Shown here: positions 1 through 10,787 of the stretch, piece after piece
Layout of the letters: each line of letters starts with the position of its first letter
Position numbering within the stretch: position 1 is the stretch's first letter
Source: Auanema rhodensis
Lineage: Eukaryota; Animalia; Nematoda
Direction: 5' to 3'
Length of the DNA stretch: 64,000 nucleotides
Assembly (NCBI GenBank): GCA_964057225.1
Contig: OZ059896.1
Coordinates: forward strand, 7,688,001-7,752,000
Notes under the pieces: generated by a model
Told to the model about the DNA's origin: nothing
The model's input: the letters and a program-made list of their open reading frames with translations, nothing else
Database searches by the model: none
Position numbers and translations under genes: made by a program

Positions 1-1468
1 GTTTTCAGTCATGATATTAACGTTGAAGCAATTAATCATATGGTTCATAATATTTCTTTTGCTAGAGTAAGTTTATTTCTTATTTCTTTGTCTACTTATT
101 TCTCTTCTAGGTATATCAAATATTTTATCCTTTAAATATGCAATTGTTTCCAAGTGTGTTTCCTGGTCAGGAACCTCTTGATTGTCCTGAAAAAATTGGC
201 AAAGCTAGGTTAGTATATTTTATAATTATTGCTTCTCTTCGCATTCGCATTCACATTGCAATTTAATTTTATTTTTTGTTAATCATTTAATTTGTTATAT
301 CTGTCGCAACTATTTGCTGATTTTCATTGTACTTCAATTTAAATTGGATGCATCACTAGACATTTTGTGTTTGATTACACAATTTCTTCAAAGTTTACTT
401 AAGGGATTATATTTGTTCATTGCAGAGCGCAAATTGTAGGATGTCAAAATAAGGACTTTCCAGATAAGTATGGCAATTATAGAGTTGCTCAGTTAACACA
501 GATTAAGCACCATTGGTGGTGGAAGGTATGAAAATAGTATTTGGGGCTTCAATCCTATATTTTTTTATTCTAAAGATGAACTTCGTTTTCGATGGGATAA
601 TTGATAGGTTCGGGTTGCATAATTCATGGGTTCTTCTTCTTGAAGAAGACCACCTTGTAGTTCCCGATGCTTTGTATGTGCTTAATTATATAACTGACAA
701 CAAAGATGAGTAAGTAGCTTTCTAAAATTATTATTGCTCATTTCAAACATTTAGACTTTGCCCTAATTGTGATTTGATTTCTTTGGGTGCTTACTTAAAA
801 TCTACTAGAAAATATGGAGAGACGATCTCTTTGCTCGGCTCACATCCTTGGTTTAGCAGCAAGCATAATATGGGGATGGCGCTTCAGCGTACTGAATGGC
901 TTAAAATTAAAGGATGTGCTGAGGTAAAAATTAAATTTTTTCTTATTTGTATTTATATATCTGTTTAGATGTTTTGTACTTGGGATGATTATAACTGGGA
1001 TTGGTCGGTAATGCAAGTAACAGCGAAATGCTTACCTCAACGATTTCGGGTTATCTTTGCTAAAAGCCCTAGAGTTCTTCACATTGGCGACTGCGGAGTT
1101 CATACTCATAGGTTTTATTGAAGCATAGCCAATGGTTTATTTTTATTTTCTTAGATGCACAGCTTCTAATGCATATACTCAAGCTACACAATTAGTGGAA
1201 GAGCATCATGGGGCTTTGTTCCCTAGCCAACTAAAAGTGACCGATGTAAGATATTTCAAAAAAATTAAATTAAATTTTAAAATTTATTTAGATTTCACGT
1301 CGATCGTTAAAGCCCTCAAAGGAAAATGGTGGTTGGGGTGATAAAAGAGATCATGAATTATGTCGACTTAATACTCATCCTCTGACTTGGAATACAAAAG
1401 AAGCCAATATGAGCATTATTGAAAAGCTTCTGAACCATCGTATACATGTTCCTAGTCAATCAAAATAG
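1..1468 (+). CDS. gly-20: Alpha-1,6-mannosyl-glycoprotein beta-1,2-GlcNAc transferase (GnT-II/MGAT2), 5'-truncated, multi-exon
   Basis: Spliced exons read VFSHD..., QIFYP, KHHWWWK, LLLEEDH, SSKHNMGMAL, FCTWDDYNWDWS, PRVLHIGDCGVH, NGGWGDKRDHELC, which are MGAT2 family motifs. Stop TAG at 1466-1468. Confidence 0.92.
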
Positions 1469-1869
1469 ATTTTTTTGTTTTGTTTTTAGAAAATAGTTTG
1501 TTTTATGAAAATTTCTAACGGGTATTTCATGGACTTCGTACTGATAAGAACTAAGCTATCTCTGTAATAATTCCTTGAACCTCGTACTAGCAGATCTGCG
1601 GGTTGCTCCCTCTAACTACTTGCTTTTTAATCTACTTTATTTCATCCACCAAGCGGTGTGATGTGCATATTACAACTTATTTACGGGTTTTTCTTAGATT
1701 GTCTAATAAATTTTTTTAAAATATTTGTGTTTAAAATACATATCTTGTTCTGAACAACTATTACATAATAATTGCTTCATTTAATTTTAAAATGCTGTAA
1801 GTATCATCTCGGATTAGAAAATGCCTAAAGGATATAAGAATAGTATTGCTGCTGGGTAAAAGGATTCGT

Positions 1870-1967
1870 GATCAAAGTACTGTGATCTGATTAGGTCATT
1901 TGTTGGTGCTATAGGCATTTTTTGGTGGGCGGGATGAAGTAAACAATGTAGTTTGTGACTATATATA
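1870..1967 (+). promoter_or_regulatory. Promoter of miRNA cluster copy 1
   Basis: GATCAAAGTACTGTGATC, AGGTCA, ATAGGC, GTGGGCGGG and TATATATA blocks are conserved in order in copy 2 while the spacers diverge. Lies ~85 nt upstream of the first hairpin. Confidence 0.6.
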
Positions 1968-2050
1968 CACCACCAAAAAGAGTCAAACTCATTCCTTCAC
2001 ATTATCAGGCAGTACACCTATTCTTGATGATAATCTGTTTTATTCTATAG

Positions 2051-2136
2051 GAGCGTTGACAGTCCCCTGGTGGAGTTCTTGTCGCGGTCCCAGAGATATC
2101 TCGTGACTAGAGCTACCACAGGGAGAATGTCCGTTC
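2051..2136 (+). ncRNA. pre-miRNA, miR-279/miR-44/miR-61 seed family (3p UGACUAGAGCUACCACAGGGAG, ~2104-2125), copy 1
   Basis: Long hairpin (CCCUG-GUGG/CCAC-AGGG, AGUUCU/AGAGCU, GUCGCGG/UCGUGAC). The 3' arm begins UGACUAGA. Mature arm is identical in copy 2 while the loop differs. Confidence 0.82.
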
Positions 2137-2167
2137 TAGTTATGTAGACCTAATTGCCCTTTTCCAT

Positions 2168-2250
2168 GATAAGTCCATAGCAGGCTTCATGACTGTGCAA
2201 TGCTTAAATGAGTCATTGCACAAGGTCTAGTTGCTTGGCATGTGCTTATC
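2168..2250 (+). ncRNA. pre-miRNA, miR-92/25/miR-235 seed family (3p CAUUGCACAAGGUCUAGUUGCU, ~2214-2235), copy 1
   Basis: Hairpin closed by GAUAAG/CUUAUC with UGUGCAAUG/CAUUGCACA upper stem. Seed AUUGCAC. Confidence 0.72.
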
Positions 2251-2306
2251 GCCATTACTGTGCATGAATGCCTGGTTTTGTCCATTGTCCCTAACAAGCC
2301 GAATAA

Positions 2307-2378
2307 GCTTGGATACCCGTATATTTCGGTGGTTCTTTTTATGAACAGAACCATGAAATAGTCGGGTTTCCAACATGC
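2307..2378 (+). ncRNA. pre-miRNA, miR-51/miR-100 seed family (5p UACCCGUAUAUUUCGGUGGUUCU, ~2314-2336), copy 1
   Basis: Hairpin UUGGA.ACCCG..UAUUUCG.UGGUUCU / AGAACCAUGAAAUA..CGGGU.UCCAA. The 5' arm starts UACCCGUA like miR-51/54/55/56. Confidence 0.87.
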
Positions 2379-3087
2379 GTGCAAGTTATACTTCATTAAA
2401 TTGTTATTTTTTTAGTTAGGTTTAATATTTTAGATGATATATTGGCAGTTCAATTACGTCTAGATGATCTATTGGCAGTTAAATTGTGCATTCTTTTCAT
2501 TCTACATGATTTATATATGGTTATTGTTATGTTCTTTTATTTTTCATTTGTGTTCAGAATATATAATAAATATTTCATTCCATATCTGTTTAAGATCTTA
2601 GAAAATCTAAATCAACATTTAAAATAATTGGTCTCGTAGCGGAGAATGCTCCACTCGCTGTCTAAAAATCTATGGTACATCAATCAATAAAACAAAAACA
2701 TTCTTAAAGCGATAGTTGTTGATTTAATAGAATCAGGCGGGATTCTTGTGTTATTCATTTGTTTTTAAAATTGAGTATCAGTAAATAAGTGCTGTTAATA
2801 CGGTTATTATCTTAATTGTTTTCTCGCTTAATTGGTGAAGTTTTTCATTATATCTGATTTTCATCATTCAATTTTCAATTCAATTGTATAGAATATATAA
2901 TGTTGTATATACATATTTTCTTTATTGTTCTTGAAATAGTAATACGCTATAAAGGTATATGCTATTAAGTACTAGGACACTTAGCATAGAGTTCGCTAAT
3001 GTAATGGCTCATTTTTTGATATTTTGTGCCAGAGGCGTTTTGCCAATGGCGCGTATGGATAATTGCTCATGGGCTCAGCGAAACCCG

Positions 3088-3188
3088 GATCAAAGTACTA
3101 TGATCTTTTATGAGGTCATATGTTCATGCCATAGGCGTGAAAAGTGGGCGGGTTTCAGGATGAGTAGCGAGTGTTAGGCATATAAATA
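3088..3188 (+). promoter_or_regulatory. Promoter of miRNA cluster copy 2
   Basis: GATCAAAGTACTATGATC, AGGTCA, ATAGGC, GTGGGCGGG, TATAAATA (3181-3188), in the same order as copy 1. Confidence 0.6.
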
Positions 3189-3294
3189 GCCTATACTATT
3201 CTGCGAAATATCAGTCTGCTTAGTATGAATTTCTTGATATACTTATTAGCTGTAGTTTCCTGAGCCTATTCTGTTCCTATTCTATTGTACCAAT

Positions 3295-3384
3295 AAGAGC
3301 GGTGACAGTCCCCTGGTGGAGCCCTCGTCGCGTTTGCATTGATTTCACGTGACTAGAGCTACCACAGGGAGAATGTCTGTCTTG
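3295..3384 (+). ncRNA. pre-miRNA, miR-279/44/61 seed family, copy 2 (mature ~3350-3371)
   Basis: Same mature arm as copy 1, different loop, and a compensatory G-U to U-A change at the top of the stem. Confidence 0.82.
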
Positions 3385-3426
3385 CTTATGTGTATCTGTT
3401 TCTTTGATATGTCCATCTATTTTTTT

Positions 3427-3509
3427 GATAAGTCCATAGCAGGCTTCATGACTGTGCAGTGCTTAAAGGAGTCATTGCACAAGGTCTAGTTGCTTGGCAT
3501 GTGCTTATC
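3427..3509 (+). ncRNA. pre-miRNA, miR-92/235 seed family, copy 2 (mature ~3473-3494)
   Basis: Near-identical to copy 1. The changes are one A-U to G-U in the stem and one in the loop. Confidence 0.72.
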
Positions 3510-3567
3510 GCTAGTATTGTGCATGAAAACCTGATTTTCCCCTATTTGTATATAACAAGCCGAATAA

Positions 3568-3639
3568 GCTTGGATACCCGTATATTTCGGTGGTTCTTTT
3601 TATGAACAGAACCATGAAATAGTCGGGTTTCCAACATGC
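3568..3639 (+). ncRNA. pre-miRNA, miR-51/100 seed family, copy 2 (mature ~3575-3597)
   Basis: Identical to the copy 1 hairpin. Confidence 0.87.
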
Positions 3640-3947
3640 GTGCAAGTTATTACCTTTTGTTTTTATTGTACTTTGATAAGTAGTTGTATATTCGACTAAG
3701 ATCAATTTCATTCTTCCTAAAACTGCGATACCAAGCCAAATGTAAAGTAAAATACGTGGAATGTGCGTACGCATGCAAGGTTCAAGGACGAAAGGTTTTA
3801 TCTCGACCACCGCATTACATGTTATAACATTATTGTGTCATACCCATGCTCAAAATAAAGTTTTTGATTAGTGTTTTGATTGCCTGTTACGTTTATTATG
3901 AATTAGTTAGTGTAACTTGCTTCCTTTTTTTGCAGTAAGTTTTATAG

Positions 3948-5165
3948 ATGGCGGACAAATTTGAAAATATCGCAGGAGGTTCATTTAAGTTGAACACAGG
4001 TTATTATATTCCACTCGTTGGATTGGGAACTTACAAGATTGTTGGGAGCGATGTAGTTTTTTTTTTAATTTTCGACTTCTTACAAGATTTTTAGGTGAAA
4101 CCCTGTGTCGATGCAGCTCTTAAGGCAGGATATCGCATGTTTGACACTGCTAAATATTACGTTAACGAACCGGAACTTGGGGAAGCTTTTAAGGTTTAAT
4201 TATTTACATTTCTGTATCCAAAACTGTTGATCTTTAAGGAACTTCTTCCTAAATATAACTTGACTCGTTCTGATATTTTCATAACAACTAAATTTTTCCC
4301 TGCTCCTGAAGACACAGTAGCGACTACTCGCCAACTTGTGGAAGAGTCACTCACTAATCTTCATACTGAGTGAGAGTTAATATTTTTAATTAGAGTACTT
4401 TATTTTCAATATTTAGTTACATTGATATGTATTTGATTCACTACCCAAAGTCTGACAAGCGTGAGGTTGATGACCCAAACAATGCTTTGCATAGAAAAGA
4501 CACATACCTTACTCTCGAATTACTGAAAGGTAACTTGCTTGTTTTATTTTTATTCATATTACTCTTCAGAGGAAGGGAAAATAAGATCTGTTGGGGTATC
4601 CAACTATGAAATTCGTCACATTGAAGAAATTAAAGCTTATGGGAAAGTAGGCTATTTTTTCATTAAAATGTTAAAGCTAATTCATATTAGGCTATGCCAT
4701 GTGGTAATCAAGTTGAATATCATCCCCACTTCACGCGTAATGAACTTCAACAATATTGCCAAAAGCAAGGAATTTTCTTCCAAGCTTTCTCTTCATTAGC
4801 ACGCCATGAGCCAAAACTTATTGAAGATCCTGCTGTTGTAGCTCTGGCCAGTAAACACAATACGACAGTTCCAGTATGTCAATACTTTTTGCTTTTTCTT
4901 TATTGTTTTTATAGCTTATTCTTCTTGCGTGGGCTCGCAGTCAGAGCGTTGGAATTGTTCCCAAATCTTCGACTCCATCTCGCATCATCAGCAATTTTAA
5001 GGTTTTTAATGATCATAAATTGGCTAATGAAATTCTTATCGGTTATCTATATACGGCGCTTTTCAGGTTACTGATATCAATTTATCTGTTGATGAAGTCG
5101 AAGAATTACGTAAATTGGACCGTGGGCAGCATTATATTAGATGTACCGGTTGGCTTGTTCTTTAA
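3948..5165 (+). CDS. Aldo-keto reductase (paralog 1), multi-exon
   Basis: IPLVGLGTY, GYRMFDTAKYY, FITTK, YLIHYP, IRSVGVSNY, NQVEYHPHF, IVPKS. D-Y-K-H catalytic tetrad present. Confidence 0.92.
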
Positions 5166-5291
5166 TGTCACGTTGTATCTGTTTATGTTGTGAATAAATA
5201 ATTTTCATTATCACCGTTTTTTTATTCATTGTTATTTCACTTTTATATCCTATTTAATTATTTTTTATTGGTGTATCTGTTTAAGTTGAGA

Positions 5292-6534
5292 ATGGCTGTT
5301 GAACACTTGTTCCTAAATACTGGAGAAAAAATTCCACTTGTGGGATTGGGTACTTACAATACATCCGATGAAGTAGGAATATTCTGGTTGATTGCTTACA
5401 CTAAGATGTTAAGATGAAAACTGTTGTGGATGCAGCTTTGGGATGTGGATATCGTCTTTTTGACACTGCTAAGGTCTACAACAATGAATCACACTTAGGA
5501 GAAGCAATTGAGGTTTTTCAATTGTGTGTTCTTTTCATTTTATTAATATCCGTTAAGGCTCTTTTGCCTAAGCATTCGTTATCTCGCAGTGACGTGATGA
5601 TCGAAACGAAAGTTTTGCCTTATAATGATAGTGCACGCATCAGATCTGATATTTTGGATTCTTTAGTTAAATTAAGAACAGAGTAGGATTATAATATACT
5701 AAATTGGGGAAAAAACATACTTTAAGCTATATTGATATTGTTCTGATCCATTATCCAAAAAATAATGATTGTGAAAATGAGGATAAAACGAACAAAGATT
5801 GTAGAAGAATCACTTATCTTACATTGGAAGAGCTTAAAAGTATCCTTAACATGCTTATATATTTTATTATAACCTAAAACTATTAAGGAGAAGGGAAAAT
5901 TCGATCGGTCGGCGTTTCCAATTTCGAACGCAAGCATTTAGAAGAATTAGCTAAATATGCTGAAGTAAAATAGCTGTGAACTTCTTATTGTACATATATT
6001 TGTTTCTCAGAGCCTTCCAGCTATCAATCAAGTGGAATTGCATCCACATTTCACCAGGAAAGACTTACAGACTTTTTGCCGTACCAATAACATTTTGATC
6101 CAGGTTTCGTTCTTTCGTTTTGGAAAGTATTATATATTCATAGTACAGGCTTTTTCTTCCCTTGCCAAACATAATGAAACCTTGATGAACGACCCGTGTT
6201 TGCTAAAAATAGCAGCTGCACACAACGCTAATCCACTTGTAAGATTAATTGAATTTAAACATTATTAATTATAAAAATATATAATTTACTTCAGCATATA
6301 CTTCTTTCTTGGGCATATTCTCAGCAAATTGCCATCATTCCAAAGTCTGCTACTCCCAGCAGAATTATTGATAACATGAATCAGGTAGATATTTCTTTCT
6401 CATTCAAATTAAAGAAACATATTCTCTTATAGGTGTGCTCCATTAAGTTATCTGATGAGGAAATCAAAGAGTTATATGGATTAAACTTGGATAAAAATTA
6501 TGTTGGTCGTTGTACCGGATGGCTTGTTGCTTAG
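5292..6534 (+). CDS. Aldo-keto reductase (paralog 2), multi-exon
   Basis: IPLVGLGTY, GYRLFDTAKVY, IETK, LIHYP, RSVGVSNF, NQVELHPHF, IIPKS. Shares the C-terminal RCTGWLV and intron positions with paralog 1. Confidence 0.92.
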
Positions 6535-6701
6535 ATAATATTGTTGTTTCTACTATATTGTAATGTTTTCATGAAATAATCGTGTTAATGTTACCTGTTC
6601 GATATCATAAAAATTGAATTTTAATAGTTTTCACACGTAATCTCTGTGAATATTCTGCCAAATCCGAGAGCTAGCTATCATATTCGCAATAGTACAAAGA
6701 T

Positions 6702-8291
6702 ATGCTTTTTCAATATTTACATTTCTTAAATCTTTTTCTTTTTCTTTATGCCAATGAGGTAATATTCAATGTTCAGGTAATGATATATAATGCGAATATA
6801 ATATAAATTTATTTTTATAGAAAGATACAATAAGAAAAGTAGCATTACCATATGAGAAAGGTATTTCATATATTTTGGAAGTAAATATTGCATGTAATGT
6901 ATCTGTCACATCATGTTCTTCTAACTTAAATTCTTCATTGTTTCTATTTGAAGCAATAGATCCAACATATATTTTCTTATCATCATCAAGAATTGACCAA
7001 ATTGAGCAAATACTTCAATGTGCAACAGAAAAGTTATTATATTCCTCTCTTAATTCTCACTTTTAAGTTGTTTTTAAAGGTTCCTCGATTTGGAAATTGT
7101 ATCACATTCCAATTTAACTGGCAAGCTTATTCTGTCTCCTGTAAATATTTCTGATTATGGTAATGATACTGCAATCAGTCTAGAAGTTCCTTCTGAAAGA
7201 ATATTTCAAGCCAAAAGTACAATTTATAATTATTTGTTTCAAATATATGTTCTATGTTTTTCAGACTTGGAGTATATCACTCTTTTCTATAATTTTCCCT
7301 CTGTTGATAATGGACTCTCAGTTGAACTTTACCCTTCAGGTGACCAAGAAACACAGGTATTTGACTTATACAAGATGCTATACCTACATACCTACTTAGA
7401 TATACATCTCTTTCTGTCTCGGAAAAGAGGGAAAATTTCTTGCAAATGTCAAATTTCCTCAAAGATTTGTCTTGGAATTATCCAACTTGGAACTGGTTGA
7501 TTTGATTGATGAATATTCTTGTGATGGAGCTTTGTATCATGATCTTCAGCATTCACCACCAACGCTAATGCTGAAGTTAGTAACACAACACATATATATT
7601 TGTAAAATTATAATTCTAGAGTTAGATCTGTGGCATCTGAAGGCCTAGTTAAAGTTTATCAAGATGCAAAATATGGACCATTTTTGAATAGTCAGCTTTT
7701 CATAAATTCAACTCATCCCTTCAGTATACAACTTGATTCATATGATGTTGACTTGAACTTTGAAGTTATGTAAGAAATATTGTATCAAAATATTATTTTA
7801 AATTGAAAAAGAAATATTTTAGAAATGGTACAGTATCGGTTGATGTTTTGTCCTGTGAAGAGATAGTTTCGTTAGGAGATTACACGGCTGGAATTCATTT
7901 TATTAAAAAAAATCAAGATTATAGATCATATGTAAGTTTAAACAAAAATTAATATATGTCTTTAGAAGACAAATTACACAAAAAAAATATTTTTTAGGAT
8001 AATTGCACTGAAAATTTCGATTTGCTTCCCACAATTCGATTTTCATCTAATGTGACAAGTAGTTTAACATTTAACATCAAAACAAAGGACAAAACAGATA
8101 CAACTTTTTCATTATTATCAATATTAATAATAATATTAGAAATTATAATTACATTTACATTATCAGCTTGTATTATAATTTATATAATCAGCAAATGTTC
8201 TGAAAGAAGGCTTGAAGTCAATAATCAAGACCAACATCATGAGATTCCTGTTAATATTTCTTGGATTAATTCAGCACACACTTTACATTGA
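6702..8291 (+). CDS. Unknown type-I membrane glycoprotein, multi-exon
   Basis: Signal-like first exon MLFQYLHFLNLFLFLYA, open exons separated by short GT-AG introns, N-x-S/T sites, hydrophobic LLSILIIILEIIITFTLSACIIIYII near the C-terminus. No family recognised. Confidence 0.6.
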
Positions 8292-8777
8292 CATTGATGA
8301 ACTTTGATCATATTTAATTTTCTTATTAATTTATGTTATTACTTATTCTTTTTTTATTTGTATTGTCAATTTAAATTTCGAAAAAATTCTAATGATTATT
8401 GTATAAATGTTTCTTGCTCCTTAGTATTCATTCTATTTTATTATCAATCAATTGAAAATTTATTAAGTAATTCAAGTTGTATAGCCTCCATTTTCAAAAT
8501 TATTTCCGAAATATTTAAGTGTTTTCTTTTTTTTTTCTTATAGGTTCCTTGGATATTTTTTATGAAGTATCTACCTCTCATTGTCCACTAATGCCAATTA
8601 TTATCTAACTAGTTTTCATTTATTGAACATTTTAATATAAAAATCAAGAAAAAATGTATTTCCTCTTTGCCAGCATAGAAGAATTCATCAATAAGTCAGT
8701 TTTCAATGTACTCATTGATTTTCCTGATCAGTTGTTTAACTGTCGTCACTAATTGCTATTTGTATCAAACGAATTTA

Positions 8778-9349
8778 ATGGCGAAAGCTGTTAAGAAGTT
8801 TGAACCCGAAGTTTATACAAAGGGATCTCGAACGTAAGTTCTCTTTCTATTTAAATATTTTTTTAAAAAAAGCTGTATTTCTTTTAGAATTCATAAGTAT
8901 CCCAAACATAAAATTGAAGTTACATTGTCTTTCGGTATAACTGAAGAACGAGTACGGTTCTTGGAAGCACTTATTGAAACATATTATGGAGAAGATTCTA
9001 AACGAACCATAAATGATATAACCAAAATGGCTGAGGTAAGATCTATTTATAAATATTTATAAAAATATTTATAATATTTTAGATAATTGAATCAACATTT
9101 GGTGGATATTGGTCTATATTATTTTTGGATGATCCATTTGGATATGCATCTACTATTTATAAAAGGTAGTTAGTTTGTAATGCTTCTTTCATTTAAAAAC
9201 ATTAAAGTTTTTTCTTTATTAAACTGAACAAACATATGTTTGACATGAAAATTAATAAGTTCAAATGTTATAGGTCACCAACTTATGTAGTTTTTGATGT
9301 GGACGGTGAAGGAATAGCTATTGCAAAAGAACCTGTTGGTACAAGCTAA
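8778..9349 (+). CDS. Small 4-exon protein (~120 aa), weak resemblance to dynein light chain LC8-like fold
   Basis: Clean spliced ORF MAKAVKKFEPEVYTRDLER...IIESTFGGYWSILFLDDPFGYAST...EPVGTS*, with AATAAA downstream. The fold call is tentative. Confidence 0.6.
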
Positions 9350-9435
9350 AAATGTTTATTTGGATATCAAAAATAGCATGATATATATATAAATTTATAT
9401 TTAAACGGATAGAGATGGCAATAAAGTTTAATTAT

Positions 9436-9775
9436 TCAACTTTTTGTTGGGCTTTCTCTTTTTCTATTTGACGTCTTAAATATTCTCTAGCTATTTTCAT
9501 AGATGGTAGTTGAAATAGTGGACCTAAAATAATTATTTTAATGATAAATTGTATTCAAAAATAAAATACTTTCAACTACATTTCCAGCATTATCAGTAAT
9601 TTCTTCATTTTCTCCATAAATATTCAATTTTCCACTAATATTCACAACACCATCTGATTGATCTTTCTCTTCGCACCTTACTGTAAAATTCAAACAATTA
9701 TAAGAAACGAAAGAAAAAACGCTTACCAGTAGCTATGATGATAGCCAAAAGAATACAGATAATCAGACGAGACAT
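9436..9775 (-). CDS. Small secreted protein (~80 aa), 3 exons
   Basis: Signal peptide MSRLIICILLAIIIATVRC. Two ~45-nt GT-AG introns keep the frame to ...RQIEKEKAQQKS*. Confidence 0.6.
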
Positions 9776-10787
9776 TAAGTAGATATATAGAAAGAACTAA
9801 TGAGCTTCTATGAATAAACAGCTTCTTCTTCTTCTTCTCCTTCTATTCCGCTTTACAACAATATGATTACAACTATGTTATCTACTATTAATCCCTAGTA
9901 AATATATCAAATAATAATAATAATAATCAATAACAAATAGATAAAAGAATAATTTTAAAAAATTTCCTCAAAATAAATAAAAGAAAACCAAATAGAAATA
10001 AAGAATGAATGTCACTTCTCTCACATAAATCTTCACGCATAGGCTAGTACAGCACATCAGCCTTCATATGCCAAAGATATCTTCGTTGTCGTCCAATACT
10101 ATTTTCTAGAAACTGGATTACCAATCTCTTTGGGCGGATCTCAGGACCGGCTGAGTCTCAGATTCTAGTTAGGTTAACGCTCAGGCTTATGCAAATTACA
10201 TCCTAACATGCGTTACGTTTTATATGCTAATTGTTGACGTGAGACGAATCCTACAATCTGCGCAACTGGTTCATCGTCCCAGTATACGCCTATAGTTCTT
10301 CACATCTGAATTCAGACAGGGAATCAGACAGCTGACTGACTGACTGACTGACTAACTGGACGACGTGGCGGATCGAAAGGATGCAAAGCGTCTAGTTCAG
10401 CTGGATGGCTCGAGAATTACATTGACGAGTGGCATTGCAGCTGCCGTTACCTGCTATTTCGATAATTGGCCTTACATTATATGCAAATAGATTGAATGAA
10501 ACCGGATTTTCTAACTAAAATAGTGTTTTCTGGATTATGTCGCCTTATACGAGCTTAATATAATATTATGAGATTAATTTGTTATAATTAAATTCACGTT
10601 GTATTCTATCTGAGGAAATACAATACAATCTACATAAGTATGTACATATACACACATATACTACATACATATATGAATATTATGAATTGTTTAAGAAGCT
10701 TTTCAAAAAGATTTTATTTATTTTATATAAAAATATATTATTATAATAGAAGACAATGTAATAAACATTCAAATAAATAGTTTGAAT

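Noticed and set aside
1918-1979. TTTTTGGTGG...CCACCAAAAA hairpin as a fourth miRNA
   Set aside because: Overlaps the GC box and TATA, the interior pairs poorly, and it is not kept in copy 2.
2431-2486. 30-bp direct repeat TAGATGAT.TATTGGCAGTT.AATT
   Set aside because: Only two units; an ordinary local duplication, not a CRISPR-like array.
3205-3262. Weak hairpin ahead of copy 2's first miRNA
   Set aside because: Many bulges, no recognisable seed, absent from copy 1.
3757-3780. TGGAATGT, a miR-1-like seed
   Set aside because: No complementary arm forming a precursor hairpin.
2187-3810. Minus-strand ORFs 2187-2396 and 3511-3810 sharing peptide sequence
   Set aside because: The similarity comes from the duplicated miRNA hairpins and the frames diverge outside them.
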